Origin: Candidatus Bathyarchaeota archaeon
Lineage (GTDB): Archaea; Thermoproteota; Bathyarchaeia; Bathyarchaeales; DTEX01
Reading direction: 5' to 3'
Length of the DNA stretch: 64,000 nt
Assembly: GCA_963714275.1 (NCBI GenBank)
Contig: CAVQNT010000002.1
Coordinates: 416,001-480,000 of the forward strand
The notes under the pieces are model-generated. The model was not told where the DNA came from. It was given only the letters and a program-made list of their open reading frames with translations, and searched no databases. This document shows positions 10,518 through 20,216 of the stretch, piece after piece. Position 1 is the stretch's first letter. Each line of letters starts with the position of its first letter. Both the position numbers and the translations under genes were made by a program.

Positions 10518-10580
10518 AAACCTCTAAAGAGATGTTCAAACCAAAAGAAGTTGACCACACGAAAACAGCGTGGTCAACAA

Positions 10581-10853
10581 CTACTGTTCCAATACGCAAC
10601 TTTTTTGTGAGTATGTTTTCTCTTTTTTCCAAGAATTCTTCAATAAGATTAATAAACTTACGTTCATGTACAGAATTTTAAGTGGTTCCTCATCTCTTGG
10701 TAGTTCATCTGGAATAACAAAATTAGAAGAAGAAGAAACATCCGAATCCGCATTTTCTTCTTCTACTATTCCTAACCGTCTATTTTTATGATTAACATTA
10801 TCAACCGTTTTTCCGAGAGCTGACAGTAACGACCTCATTAAATTTATATTCAA
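10581..10853 (-). pseudogene. Gene fragment between repeat A copies 2 and 3
   Basis: 90-aa ORF that reads protein-like but lacks a clear start; no family recognised. Confidence 0.35.
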
Positions 10854-10908
10854 ACAAAAATCTATAAAGCCTACTCTGTGTTCGGAAGATCAGAAGGGAT
10901 ACTTAAAT

Positions 10909-10957
10909 CAGAAGTAGTAGGATTCTATGTTTTGCTATGTCCTACTACTTCTAAACC
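10909..10957. repeat. Hairpin repeat family A, copy 3
   Basis: Perfect 13-bp inverted repeat AGAAGTAGTAGGA...TCCTACTACTTCT; 10942-10957 is the exact reverse complement of 8610-8625. Confidence 0.8.
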
Positions 10958-11037
10958 ATGCTTCATTTTCTGATAAACAGTCATGTCCGAAGTGATGATC
11001 AAGGGTTGGAAGTAAGATCAACGGTTCAGAGGATTGA

Positions 11038-11391
11038 TCATGCCTGGTTTGACTGTTTCAGGTTTCTTTGCTGCCAGAAAGAGCAAGATGGCTCCAGCAG
11101 ATGAGTCCAGGTATGCTCCCGTTGACAGTACATTTTCTCTTTGCCAAGTCGTTCGCAGAGGGCTAAAACGTTAATCACCGGCTCAGGCTTGACGAGGGGA
11201 TCAAGAGATTTGGCGGAAAGGATCTCTTTGCAGAATGTTTTTAACTTCTCCATGTCCTCAGCAATAATGTAGATCCCGTTTCGACCGCAGAACCTGCAGT
11301 TTCCGCATCGTTTTGCCTCTTTTTCAAGGTTTATTTTTGGAAAACGACCTTCAGCAGGCTTCATAATAATAACTAAATATGCGTAAAACAT
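11038..11391 (-). CDS. Small Cys-rich hypothetical protein
   Basis: CGNCRFC ... YC ... SCSFW putative metal-binding pattern. Confidence 0.55.
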   Translation of the reverse strand: MFYAYLVIIMKPAEGRFPKINLEKEAKRCGNCRFCGRNGIYIIAEDMEKLKTFCKEILSAKSLDPLVKPEPVINVLALCERLGKEKMYCQREHTWTHLLEPSCSFWQQRNLKQSNQA

Positions 11392-11645
11392 AAAAACTTA
11401 ATCCTCCCCCCTCACATCCCGATAGTTTTTGTATTAAATATAGAGTTTAAAAATAATAAAAACTTCAAAATTTGTCATTATTAAAAAAATAATTCTACCT
11501 TGTGACTATTTTCTTTACGAAGATAAAAAAATGAACTAATTTTAATTTTTAACTTTTATTTAAGTATTTAAATCATACCTAATAGTTTTTCTATAATTGT
11601 AGATTTATATACTACTAGTTCACGAGTATTTGACCGTGGTTAATC

Positions 11646-11822
11646 ATGAGTCAAAAGCAAGCCATGTTATGGGCTAGAGTTGACATAAACATCAAAGAAA
11701 TAGTTCACAAACTAGTGGACTGCAAGGGTATCACTATTAGTGAATATGTCCGAAGCCTAGTCATTGATGACCTTGACAGAAGAAATGTTTTCACAACAAA
11801 ACTAAAAGAGGAATTACGATGA
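11646..11822 (+). CDS. Ribbon-helix-helix (CopG-like) repressor, 58 aa
   Basis: MSQKQAMLWARVDINIKEIVHKLVDCKGITISEYVRSLVIDDL: beta-helix-G.(T/S).SE.(V/I)R pattern; first gene of the element backbone; read by hand. Confidence 0.75.
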   Translation: MSQKQAMLWARVDINIKEIVHKLVDCKGITISEYVRSLVIDDLDRRNVFTTKLKEELR

Positions 11823-11945
11823 GTGAAAAGACCGTTACAACTGGAAAAATGGATCTTAGAAAGCTTATTCGTAGAGCTTGATGAGATTCTCCGAATTTTG
11901 AAAGGCAAGGCTCCAGAACCAAGCAGGCAGAAGAGTTTAGAATGA
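11823..11945 (+). CDS. Tiny ORF (40 aa, MKRPLQLEKWILESLFVELDEILRILKG...)
   Basis: Fills the gap exactly and its stop overlaps the next ATG (ATGA). Confidence 0.4.
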   Translation: MKRPLQLEKWILESLFVELDEILRILKGKAPEPSRQKSLE

Positions 11946-12286
11946 GTAAAATAGAAGGCTCCTTTGATGTAATTCTTGCAAGACTTAGGGATTGGCTTCA
12001 AGGCGCCGAGGAGCTGAAGAACCTTCTTGACGAGTATCTTTCAGTAAAGGTTGAAACTGAAGAAAGGGCTAGAAAACACAACTGGGATCCTGAGAGGATT
12101 AGTTGGATTCAGAAAGAGGGACCTTCAGGAACCTATTTTCTAGCTGAGAAACAGGATTCACAGGATTTTAAGGCTGCGGTTCAAGACCTAGAGAATCATA
12201 AAGGAAAGATGAACCTGGGTGAGTATTTCTATTGGAAATTCGATTCAGGCGCTGTTGGAAGGAAACCAAGCAAAAAAGGAAAGTAA
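11942..12286 (+). CDS. Hypothetical element protein
   Basis: Co-oriented in the backbone operon; WDPERISW..EGPSG..YFYWKF motif. Confidence 0.7.
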   Translation: MSKIEGSFDVILARLRDWLQGAEELKNLLDEYLSVKVETEERARKHNWDPERISWIQKEGPSGTYFLAEKQDSQDFKAAVQDLENHKGKMNLGEYFYWKFDSGAVGRKPSKKGK

Positions 12287-12292
12287 ACTCTA

Positions 12293-14236
12293 ATGAGTTC
12301 TCAAGAACCACGAAGCGACATTAAATACAGCATTCTAGATTCAGGAACCAAAGGAATAGCAATAGGACTGGAAGAACGCTTCTTAATTGTTGAGAAACTT
12401 AAAGGTGCATGGAAGACTCAAACTAATCAATATTCAAACAGACGAAACGCTAACAGCATGGAACTATGTTAAAAACCTAGCAGACCTGAGAACAGCATCG
12501 AAATATAAGGAGCTAAGGGAAGCTATCGGATTTGAAAACCTAGAAAAAACATTGATAGCCATCGAAAACAATGCTGACGAGTTTGACGAAAACAGAGAAT
12601 CAGAGACACAAACAACAGAAGAAACACAGGCATCAGGAACATGTAACGAAGGATATTTTGAACTCATAATAAACGAAGAATTTAATCCTTGCTTTCTTGT
12701 CTGTAATAAAGGGCATTTTACAGTTATGGATTCTGTGGGCTTAAACAGTCACATTTTTGTTCCTAAAACCTTGAGACAGATTCCTTATTTACCTTATAGT
12801 TTTTACGAGGATTCCTTACCAAACATGGAAGATATTTTCAGCAAGGTTTTTGACGAATTTGACGCATATTGCGATGTTGAACCAATCTGGAAGCATGTTC
12901 TAACTGCAAGTGTTTTGCTTTCATACCAACAGGAAAAGATTCAGACAGTTCCTTACCTCTACCTGTATGGAGATAATGAGTCTGGGAAAACCACAGTTCT
13001 GAATGTTCTCAATGAATTGTGTTATCGTCCTATGTTCGGTGTAACTGTTCCTTCAGTGACATCTACGGGTACCTTGAGGATTCGGACTGTATCCCAACAA
13101 TTCTAGAAGACGAGATACAGGGTATTGAGAAAGACGAGAATAAAGTTAAAATCTATAAGTCAGGCTACAAAAAAGGTGCATGTGTCCCTAGAACCGTGTT
13201 GCTTGAACATGGGAGAGAAATCCAGTATTTTCGCACATTCAACTTTAAAGCTGTTGCTGCTGAAAGAATTTCAACAGTAAAAGGCTTCGTTGAACGGTTC
13301 ATTTTTCTTCCAATGGTTCAAGGCTTTCCAAAGAAGGAATGGGCTGACAACAGTGTCAGCGATTCTGCAAGGTTCCATGATCTTAGAAACATGTTGCTTA
13401 AGTGGAGACTGTTAACAAGAGATGAACCTTTACTTAACTTGGAATTACCGTTTAAAGGACGCATTAAGGAACTATGGAAGCCACTGTTACAGTCCGTTTA
13501 TGGACTTAAAGCGTTTCAGACTTTACTAGACTTCGTAGAATCCCAGATTAAGGAACGGTTAGAAACAAGACAGGGAACCCTAGAAGGAAAAATCGTTAAA
13601 GTTGTTGGAGAACTTTTCGACGATAAACCTATCCCATTCACTGATATTTGGGAACAGTTAAAGAATGACCTTGAGGGAACAATTGACAACAAAAAGAACT
13701 ATGTGATGCTGACCTCGGAATTTGACGAAGTTACTAAGTCGAAGGTAGGATATCGGTTAAGAGAAATTCTTAGCGGTGAACGGGAAACCGTTCGTATCGA
13801 AGGTACACCTACTAAGGCTTGGATGTTCGACCGTTTTAAACTTGTGCGGATATTGAAGAAATATGGCTATGATGAGCTTGTTACCAAGTTACCAAGTGTA
13901 CCGAGTTCCGAGGGTATAGAGGACATTATTCATAATAACGACTTATCCAAAATGGGCTTTAATTCCGAAAAAAACCACGATTTACAAGATGCGAATGTGG
14001 ATAAAAAGCCTTCTATACCTCAGGAAGTCGGTAACGTCGGTAACTCGGTAACAGAAGAAATCAAAGCTGTTTTTCGTTGGAAACATGTGAAACCTAGCGA
14101 AAAATGTCCATTATGCGGAACATTGGCAGTTGAATATGAAGTAACCCTTGACGATGAAACATTACTGAGACGATGTTCAAACTGCTTCGATGACTTAAGA
14201 AAAAAATTCATGAACGTTGAATGGAGCGAATATTAA
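12293..14236 (+). CDS. Replication-associated P-loop NTPase (SF3-helicase/DUF3631-like) with C-terminal Zn finger; two frameshifts (~12420, ~13055)
   Basis: Walker A GDNESGKT, Walker B ILEDE, C-terminal CPLC...CSNC; ORF pieces from 12293, 12387..13106 and 13019..14236. Confidence 0.72.
13879..14053. repeat. Putative replication origin: converging iteron arrays
   Basis: GTTACCAA x2 + GTGTACCGA + GTTCCGA facing TCGGTAAC x3; 41-bp arms with 32/41 complementarity around an AT-rich spacer. Confidence 0.7.
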
Positions 14237-14412
14237 AAATGCGTCCAAGAAGCCAATTTTTTAAGGGTAGAGAAATTAGGCTAAGAACTGTGACTAGTGT
14301 GGTGATGAATTTTAATTTGGAGACCCAGTTTTTGGTAGGTTAGCTAGGGCTATTGGGGGGATCGCAGGACAGTTGAACACCTATTTCCTAATAAACGACG
14401 TCCTCACAATGG

Positions 14413-15672
14413 TTGTTTTTTACTTTAACAGTCGTCAAACAGTGTGGTAAAATAGTGATTTGCCCTAATTGTAGTTCAATAGATTCCCAGCGGAATGGAC
14501 ATCGAGAAGGCAGGCAGAGGTGGCGATGTAAAAACTGCGGCAGAGAATACTTGGAACCTATAAATGATGATGATTTGAAGTATTCTGAACATGACCCAAT
14601 AGTTCAGACTAGGTCTTTAAGTGACACCATGCCTACTGGTCTCTTGAGCCAGAGCTGTACTCGCAGGAGTAGTCCGCAGTCAGCGGGTCTCCTCGGGCTG
14701 GATAGCCTGGCACAAGAGAAGGAAGAAGGAGAAGTGCAGATATGCGAACAACTACAGAACAGCGACCTGCTGAAAAACTTTCCTGACCAGATAAAACCCA
14801 AACTACTGCAATACGCAACAAAAGAATGGAGTAAGGGACGATCAGTTAAAAGCGTTGAAACATACATCCGCAACCTTAAGCAACTAGTGAAACATGGCGC
14901 TGACTTATTCGACCCAAACTCTGTTGCAGAAACCATCGCTCAAAATTCCGAATGGGCTAATGCGACCAAAGTCAACAAAACTGAAGCATACGACTCATTC
15001 CTAAAATTTCAGGGCGGCTTTTGGCAAAAACCAAAGTACAGGGCTGAACGGAAGTTGCCTTTCCTGCCACTTGAAACCGAGATTGATCAGCTAATCGCAG
15101 GGACAAGTAAGACCGTTGCAGCAGCACTTCAGGTTGCGAAGGAAACCGCGGCTAGACTAGGAGAAATAGGAAGGCTGAAATGGACAGACGTAGATTTCGA
15201 GCGAAGGCTCATTGCGGTAAATGAGCCTGAAAAAGGCAGCAACCCCAGAATAATACCGGTCACAGCAAAATGCGTTGAGATGCTCAATCACCTTCCAAGG
15301 AAGGGCGAACGAATCTTTAAAAACATCAAATGCGCAAGTGCGACGCTGATTCAACAACGAAATCACCTCGCGTATAAACTGGGCAACCCTCGCCTTAGGC
15401 AAATTCACTTCCACACACTGCGGCATTGGAAGGCTACCATGGAATACCACAAACGGCCAGACCCGTTTTACCTCAGAGATTTCTTGGGCCACAAGAACCT
15501 AAAGAACACCGAGATCTACGTGACTGTTGAGCGGACAATCTTTCAGACGCAATCAAGCGACTTCACCGTAAAAGTGGCTTCGACTCTTGACGAGTTCACA
15601 AAGCTGCTTGAGGTCGGCTTCGAGTACGTCTGCGACTACGGCGACAGGAAGGTCCTGCGGAAACGCAAGTGA
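14413..15672 (+). CDS. Tyrosine recombinase/integrase with N-terminal InsA-like Zn ribbon (probable start GTG 14455)
   Basis: Catalytic R (AARLGE), K (PEKGS), HTLR, LGH, TEIY; N-terminal CPNC...NG...QRWRCKNCGR. Confidence 0.93.
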   Translation: MFFTLTVVKQCGKIVICPNCSSIDSQRNGHREGRQRWRCKNCGREYLEPINDDDLKYSEHDPIVQTRSLSDTMPTGLLSQSCTRRSSPQSAGLLGLDSLAQEKEEGEVQICEQLQNSDLLKNFPDQIKPKLLQYATKEWSKGRSVKSVETYIRNLKQLVKHGADLFDPNSVAETIAQNSEWANATKVNKTEAYDSFLKFQGGFWQKPKYRAERKLPFLPLETEIDQLIAGTSKTVAAALQVAKETAARLGEIGRLKWTDVDFERRLIAVNEPEKGSNPRIIPVTAKCVEMLNHLPRKGERIFKNIKCASATLIQQRNHLAYKLGNPRLRQIHFHTLRHWKATMEYHKRPDPFYLRDFLGHKNLKNTEIYVTVERTIFQTQSSDFTVKVASTLDEFTKLLEVGFEYVCDYGDRKVLRKRK

Positions 15673-15781
15673 AACCGAAAAAATATAACTAAAAACCCAA
15701 AAACTAAACAAAAAGGTTTTTTAGTGTCGTTTATATCCTTTTGTGAGAAGATGATTGAAAACTTGGATTAAAGAAAGGTGA

Positions 15782-16522
15782 ATGTGCTTGTCAGTGTTTG
15801 CTGTTCCGGGAGCCTATGACCGCGCAATCACGGTGTTCTCCCCAGATGGGCGGCTGTTTCAGGTTGAATATGCGCTTGCAGCCGTAGACAGAGGTCCAAC
15901 GATTATGGGTGTTTCATGCCCAGAAGGGGTCGTAATTGGGGCAGAAGAAAAGGTCGAATCGAAGCTTCAGGACCCAAACTTCAGCCAAAAAATCTATGCG
16001 GTTGATGAACACCTCGGTGCAGCGGTTGTGGGTATAAGTTCGGACGCGCGGATATTGATTGACGAGTCGCGGGTTTACTCCCAAAGCAACAGGCTAATGT
16101 ATGACGAGCCAATTGACGTTGAGATAGTTACCAAAAGAATTGGGGACTTAATGCAGATCTATACGCAGCACGCAGGGGTCAGACCGTTCGGCGTCTCACT
16201 AATTTTCGGAGGCGTCGACAAGGCTGGAGCAAAACTGTACGCAACGGACCCGATCGGCTCTTACAAGTCATACAAAGCCTTAGCCATCGGCATAGGAAGG
16301 GAGACCGTAGAAAACATCCTACGAGAAGAATACCGAGACGATTTGAAGCTAGAACAAGCAATAAGCTTGGCAGTAAAGTGTCTCGTAAAGTCGTTACAGG
16401 CAAGAGACGAACAATCACGAATCAGAATGGCGGTTGTCCCGACATCCACGAAAACGTTCACGGTTTTGCCCAACGACGAGGTTGAAAAACTCCAAGCCGG
16501 TGTGCTGGGCAGTGGAAAGTGA
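15782..16522 (+). CDS. psmA: Proteasome alpha subunit
   Basis: YDRAITVFSPDGRLFQVEYA, GVRPFGVSL. Confidence 0.98.
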   Translation: MCLSVFAVPGAYDRAITVFSPDGRLFQVEYALAAVDRGPTIMGVSCPEGVVIGAEEKVESKLQDPNFSQKIYAVDEHLGAAVVGISSDARILIDESRVYSQSNRLMYDEPIDVEIVTKRIGDLMQIYTQHAGVRPFGVSLIFGGVDKAGAKLYATDPIGSYKSYKALAIGIGRETVENILREEYRDDLKLEQAISLAVKCLVKSLQARDEQSRIRMAVVPTSTKTFTVLPNDEVEKLQAGVLGSGK

Positions 16523-17212
16523 TGAGCAAGCCTTACACGATTGCACGAATCAGCATTGAAGGAAAAGACTACGAGCTCCTCGTGAAACCCGAACCTGCCT
16601 TGGAATACCGGGAAGGAAAACCCGTAGGCTTGTCGAACATTCTGGTCACGGAAACAGTCTTCAGCGACGCAAACAAGGGCTTAAAAGTCTCCGAAAAAGA
16701 CCTTCAGGCAGCCTTCGCGACGATGGATATACTGAAAATCGCGGACACAATCTTGAAAAAGGGGTTCTTGCAGCTGACCGCTGAGCAGAGAAAACGGATG
16801 GTCGAGGAGAAGAGGAGACAAATCATCACCTTCATTTCTAGGCAGGCTGTCGACCCGAGAACTGAGCTCCCGCATCCTCCGACACGGGTAGAGCAAGCCT
16901 TGGAGCAGGCACGCTTCTCTGTTGACCCGTTCGATAGCGTTGAGGAACAGGCAAACGCCGCCATCAAAGCCATACGCATAATTCTGCCCATAAGCATCGA
17001 AAAGGTTTCGGTGAAAGTCCGAATCCCAGCTCAACACATTGGCAGGGCATACGGGTCCGTGAAATCTTTCGGAATCATAAAAAACGAGTCTTGGCAACCT
17101 GACGGTTCATGGTCAGACTATCGTGGAGATGCCGGCAGGAATGTATGGTCCTCTACTCGAGAAACTTGGAGACTTGACGAAAGGAAACGCAGAGGCTGAA
17201 ATTGTAAAATAG
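16519..17212 (+). CDS. Ribosome assembly factor SBDS (frameshift near 17113)
   Basis: LQLTAEQR, DPRTELPHPP.R; alternative frame continues EMPAGMYGPLLEKL. Confidence 0.93.
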
Positions 17213-17238
17213 GATATAAAAATGGAGGTTGTTGAATT

Positions 17239-17937
17239 TTGCCGTTTTTGTACGAAAACAGACAGATTGTGACACCGGGCGATTTACTCGCCGAAGGAGA
17301 TTTCCTAGCTGGATTCAACACGTATAGGCATGACGAAAAAATCTTCGCAAGCAGGCTTGGGCTAGTCGAGTTCAGAGGAAAAAAAATCGACGTAGTCGCT
17401 CTTAACACATTTTATATTCCCTCAGTCGGGGATTTGGTCATCGGAAAAATCGTCGAAGTGAACCTGCACGGGTGGACAGTTGACATAAATTCGCCTTATC
17501 CTGCAATTTTAAGGACACCGGAAGCCTTGAACAGGCCATTCAGGCCACAACAGGATGAGCTTACGGAGTTCCTCAGCGTGGGCGACATGATTCTAGCGAA
17601 GGTCATATCTTTCGACCGAACCCGCGACCCGAACCTCACAATTCATGAACAGGACCTAGGCAAGATTAGATTCGGCCAGATTGTAAGAGTTTCACCAGCA
17701 AAAATTCCTCGAATTATAGGAAGAAAGGGCTCTATGATAAGCATGTTAAAAAAAGAAACGAGAAGTAACATTATAGTCGGTCAGAATGGTCTTGTCTACA
17801 TTTCCAGCAGAAACCGCGAAGACGAAAAAATAGCCATAATGGCAATCAAAAAAATTGAAGAGGAAGCCCACACTTCAGGGCTCACCGACAGAGTAACTGA
17901 CATGATAAGAAAAGAAAGAGGCAAAGTTACACAATGA
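17239..17937 (+). CDS. rrp4: Exosome RNA-binding protein Rrp4
   Basis: [33 protein letters not shown]. Confidence 0.96.
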   Translation: MPFLYENRQIVTPGDLLAEGDFLAGFNTYRHDEKIFASRLGLVEFRGKKIDVVALNTFYIPSVGDLVIGKIVEVNLHGWTVDINSPYPAILRTPEALNRPFRPQQDELTEFLSVGDMILAKVISFDRTRDPNLTIHEQDLGKIRFGQIVRVSPAKIPRIIGRKGSMISMLKKETRSNIIVGQNGLVYISSRNREDEKIAIMAIKKIEEEAHTSGLTDRVTDMIRKERGKVTQ

Positions 17938-18680
17938 CAAACAAAATAGTTTTAGTGAATGAAGAAGGGATCAGAACCGATGGAAGAAAAATTACTGATC
18001 TCAGACCCATAAAGTTGGAAGTCGGCATATTAGGTAACGCCGATGGGTCAGCGTACATTGAACAGGGCAAAAACAAGATACTTGCAGCTGTCTATGGACC
18101 GAGGGAGGCGCATCCAAGACACTTGGCGCTTCCAGACAAAGCCCTACTCCGTTGCAGGTACCACATGGCTCCGTTTTCAGTGGAAGAACGAAAATCGCCA
18201 GCACCATCCAGACGTGAAATTGAACTGTCCAAAGTCATACGTGAATCACTTGAACCTGCGATTTTCTTGGAAAAGTTTCCGAGAACCTCGATTGACATTT
18301 TCATTGAGGTGTTGCAGGCTGATGGTGGAACGAGATGCGCAGGGGTAACCGTGGCTTCTCTGGCTTTAGCTGACGCAGGCATACCGATGAGGGATTTGAT
18401 TGTGGCTTGCGCTGCGGGCAAAGTAGGAGACCAAATTGTTGTCGATTTGAACGATGTAGAAGACAAGGAAGGAGAAGCGGACGTGCCAGTCGCTTACATG
18501 CCAAGTTTCGACGCCATCTCGTTGCTTCAGATGGACGGACAGTTAACCACCGAAGAGTTCCAGCAAGCAGTAACCCTCGCATTGGATGGATGCAAACAAA
18601 TATATGCACTTCAAAAGGAAGCCTTAAAGGCAAAATACCAATCAATCAAAGAAGCAGCGGAGGTGTCTGAAGAAGAATGA
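17934..18680 (+). CDS. rrp41: Exosome exonuclease Rrp41
   Basis: [23 protein letters not shown]. Confidence 0.97.
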   Translation: MTNKIVLVNEEGIRTDGRKITDLRPIKLEVGILGNADGSAYIEQGKNKILAAVYGPREAHPRHLALPDKALLRCRYHMAPFSVEERKSPAPSRREIELSKVIRESLEPAIFLEKFPRTSIDIFIEVLQADGGTRCAGVTVASLALADAGIPMRDLIVACAAGKVGDQIVVDLNDVEDKEGEADVPVAYMPSFDAISLLQMDGQLTTEEFQQAVTLALDGCKQIYALQKEALKAKYQSIKEAAEVSEEE

Positions 18681-19479
18681 CATCAATAATGGTTTCACGC
18701 ATAAGACAACAACAAATCGCACCAGCTGAGTTGCTGACGGAACAAGGCTCGACGGAAGAGGCCTAAAAGACTACAGACCTATACAGATAGAGCCCGGAAT
18801 CATCGAAAAAGCAGAAGGCTCAGCTCGAGTTCGACTAGGCAAGACCGAAGTGATGGTCGGAATCAAAATAGGCTTGGGCGAACCTTTTTCAGACAGACCC
18901 AACGACGGCGTATTAGCGACCAACGCGGAGTTCGTGCCATTAGCCTCTCCAGAATTCGAGGCTGGTCCCCCAGGCGAGGAGGCTATAGAGCTCGCAAGGG
19001 TCGTGGACAGAGGCATCCGCGAATCTAAAGCTATTAACCTTGAAAAGTTATGCATCATTCCAGGAAAGAAGGTGCTAGTGGTTTTCGTGGATGTCTACGT
19101 TCTCAACCACGACGGAAACCTCGTAGACGCCTCAACCTTAGCCGCAATCGCAGCGCTGATGAACACTAAAATCTTCAAATACGACGTCAAGAACGAAGAA
19201 GTTGTGAAGAAACCTGGCTTCACACCGCTACCGTTGAAGAACATTCCGGTGTCCGTAACATTTGCATCAATAAGCGGGAAGCTCGTTGTTGACCCTTGGC
19301 TGGACGAGGAAGAAGTCATGGACGCTCGGTTGACAATGACCTACATTAAGGAAGGAAGAATCTGCGCAATACAGAAGGGCGGAGCTGGAACACTTTCGCC
19401 GCAACAAATCACTGAAGCTGCGGTCATAGCTAAAGAAAAAACTGAGGAAATCAGGAAAATTCTGGGGAAGAGCCGATGA
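18677..19479 (+). CDS. rrp42: Exosome protein Rrp42 (indel near 18720-18730)
   Basis: [34 protein letters not shown]. Confidence 0.95.
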
Positions 19480-19741
19480 GCCGCCAAAAAAGGGCAAAAA
19501 AGATGGGGCCAGCTGGAGGGCTTGGCGTAAGATATGGAGTCAAACCACGAAGAAGATTCAGCGTAATTCTAACTGAAATGAAAAGAAAACACGTTTGCCC
19601 CCAGTGCACTCCAATTCCGTTAAACGGGAAAGCGTCGGAATATGGGTCTGCAGTAAATGCGGGGTAAAGTTTACTGGGGGAGCCTACACTCCAACGACGA
19701 AGATAGGAGAAACAGCTGAACGTTCAGCTCGAATCAGTTAG
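19476..19741 (+). CDS. rpl37ae: 50S ribosomal protein L37ae (frameshift near 19610)
   Basis: G.RYG..., CPQC, then GIWVCSKCG.KFTGGAY in another frame. Confidence 0.93.
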
Positions 19742-19955
19742 AATGCTGGATACATCCTTAATAATAGCATAAGCTACGGTCAGCATTAATGATTGTGAAT
19801 TATTTTACGCGACCTAGGCTCACGAAACATTAAGGTTAACAAGAGTAAACAGAGGACAGATAAGTCTATATTTCGTTGAAAAGCATTTCTGTGTGTTGCA
19901 TGTAAAGATTGATTTAGGTTTTCATGCTTCAATTTCATGTGTTGTGTGTGGAAAC

Positions 19956-20213
19956 TTGACCAAAAGAACTTCTGCCGCGGTGCGAGTGAACCTGTCTTCG
20001 AAGAAAATGTCCCGAACCATTCATGAGGCTTTGGAACCTGAAACGAAGACTACGACCACGTACCGTTCGAGGGTGAAGCTTGGTCGTGAAGGAAACATCG
20101 TGACTTTGTTTTTCGAGGCGGATGACACAACGGCTCTTAGAGCTTCAATGAACTCGTACCTCAGCTGGTTAAAGCTCCTGAAGGACCTTTGTGGTTCATT
20201 CGAAAGTCAGTAG
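19956..20213 (+). CDS. pcc1: KEOPS complex subunit Pcc1
   Basis: ALEPE, RS.V, A.DTTALRASMNSYL.W. Confidence 0.88.
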   Translation: MTKRTSAAVRVNLSSKKMSRTIHEALEPETKTTTTYRSRVKLGREGNIVTLFFEADDTTALRASMNSYLSWLKLLKDLCGSFESQ

Positions 20214-20216
20214 TTC

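Larger units (their letters stand above)
5351..15672. mobile_element. Integrated plasmid/virus-like element (tyrosine recombinase, replication module, cargo)
   Basis: Integrase, P-loop replication protein with iterons, RHH repressor, AT-rich decayed cargo; 11/12-bp direct repeat at 5351-5362 and 15661-15672; left boundary uncertain. Confidence 0.75.

Noticed and set aside
8610-10957. CRISPR array interpretation of repeat family A
   Set aside because: Only three diverged copies, hundreds to thousands of bp apart, and no cas genes
14413-15672. Integron integrase IntI
   Set aside because: The segment between the catalytic Lys and HxxR is short, with no I2-helix insertion; family A sites lack attC cores
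14236-15781. tRNA gene as integration target
   Set aside because: No cloverleaf or GGTTC(G/A)A(A/G)TC T-loop seen on either strand near the integrase or elsewhere by eye; tRNAscan-SE would be decisive
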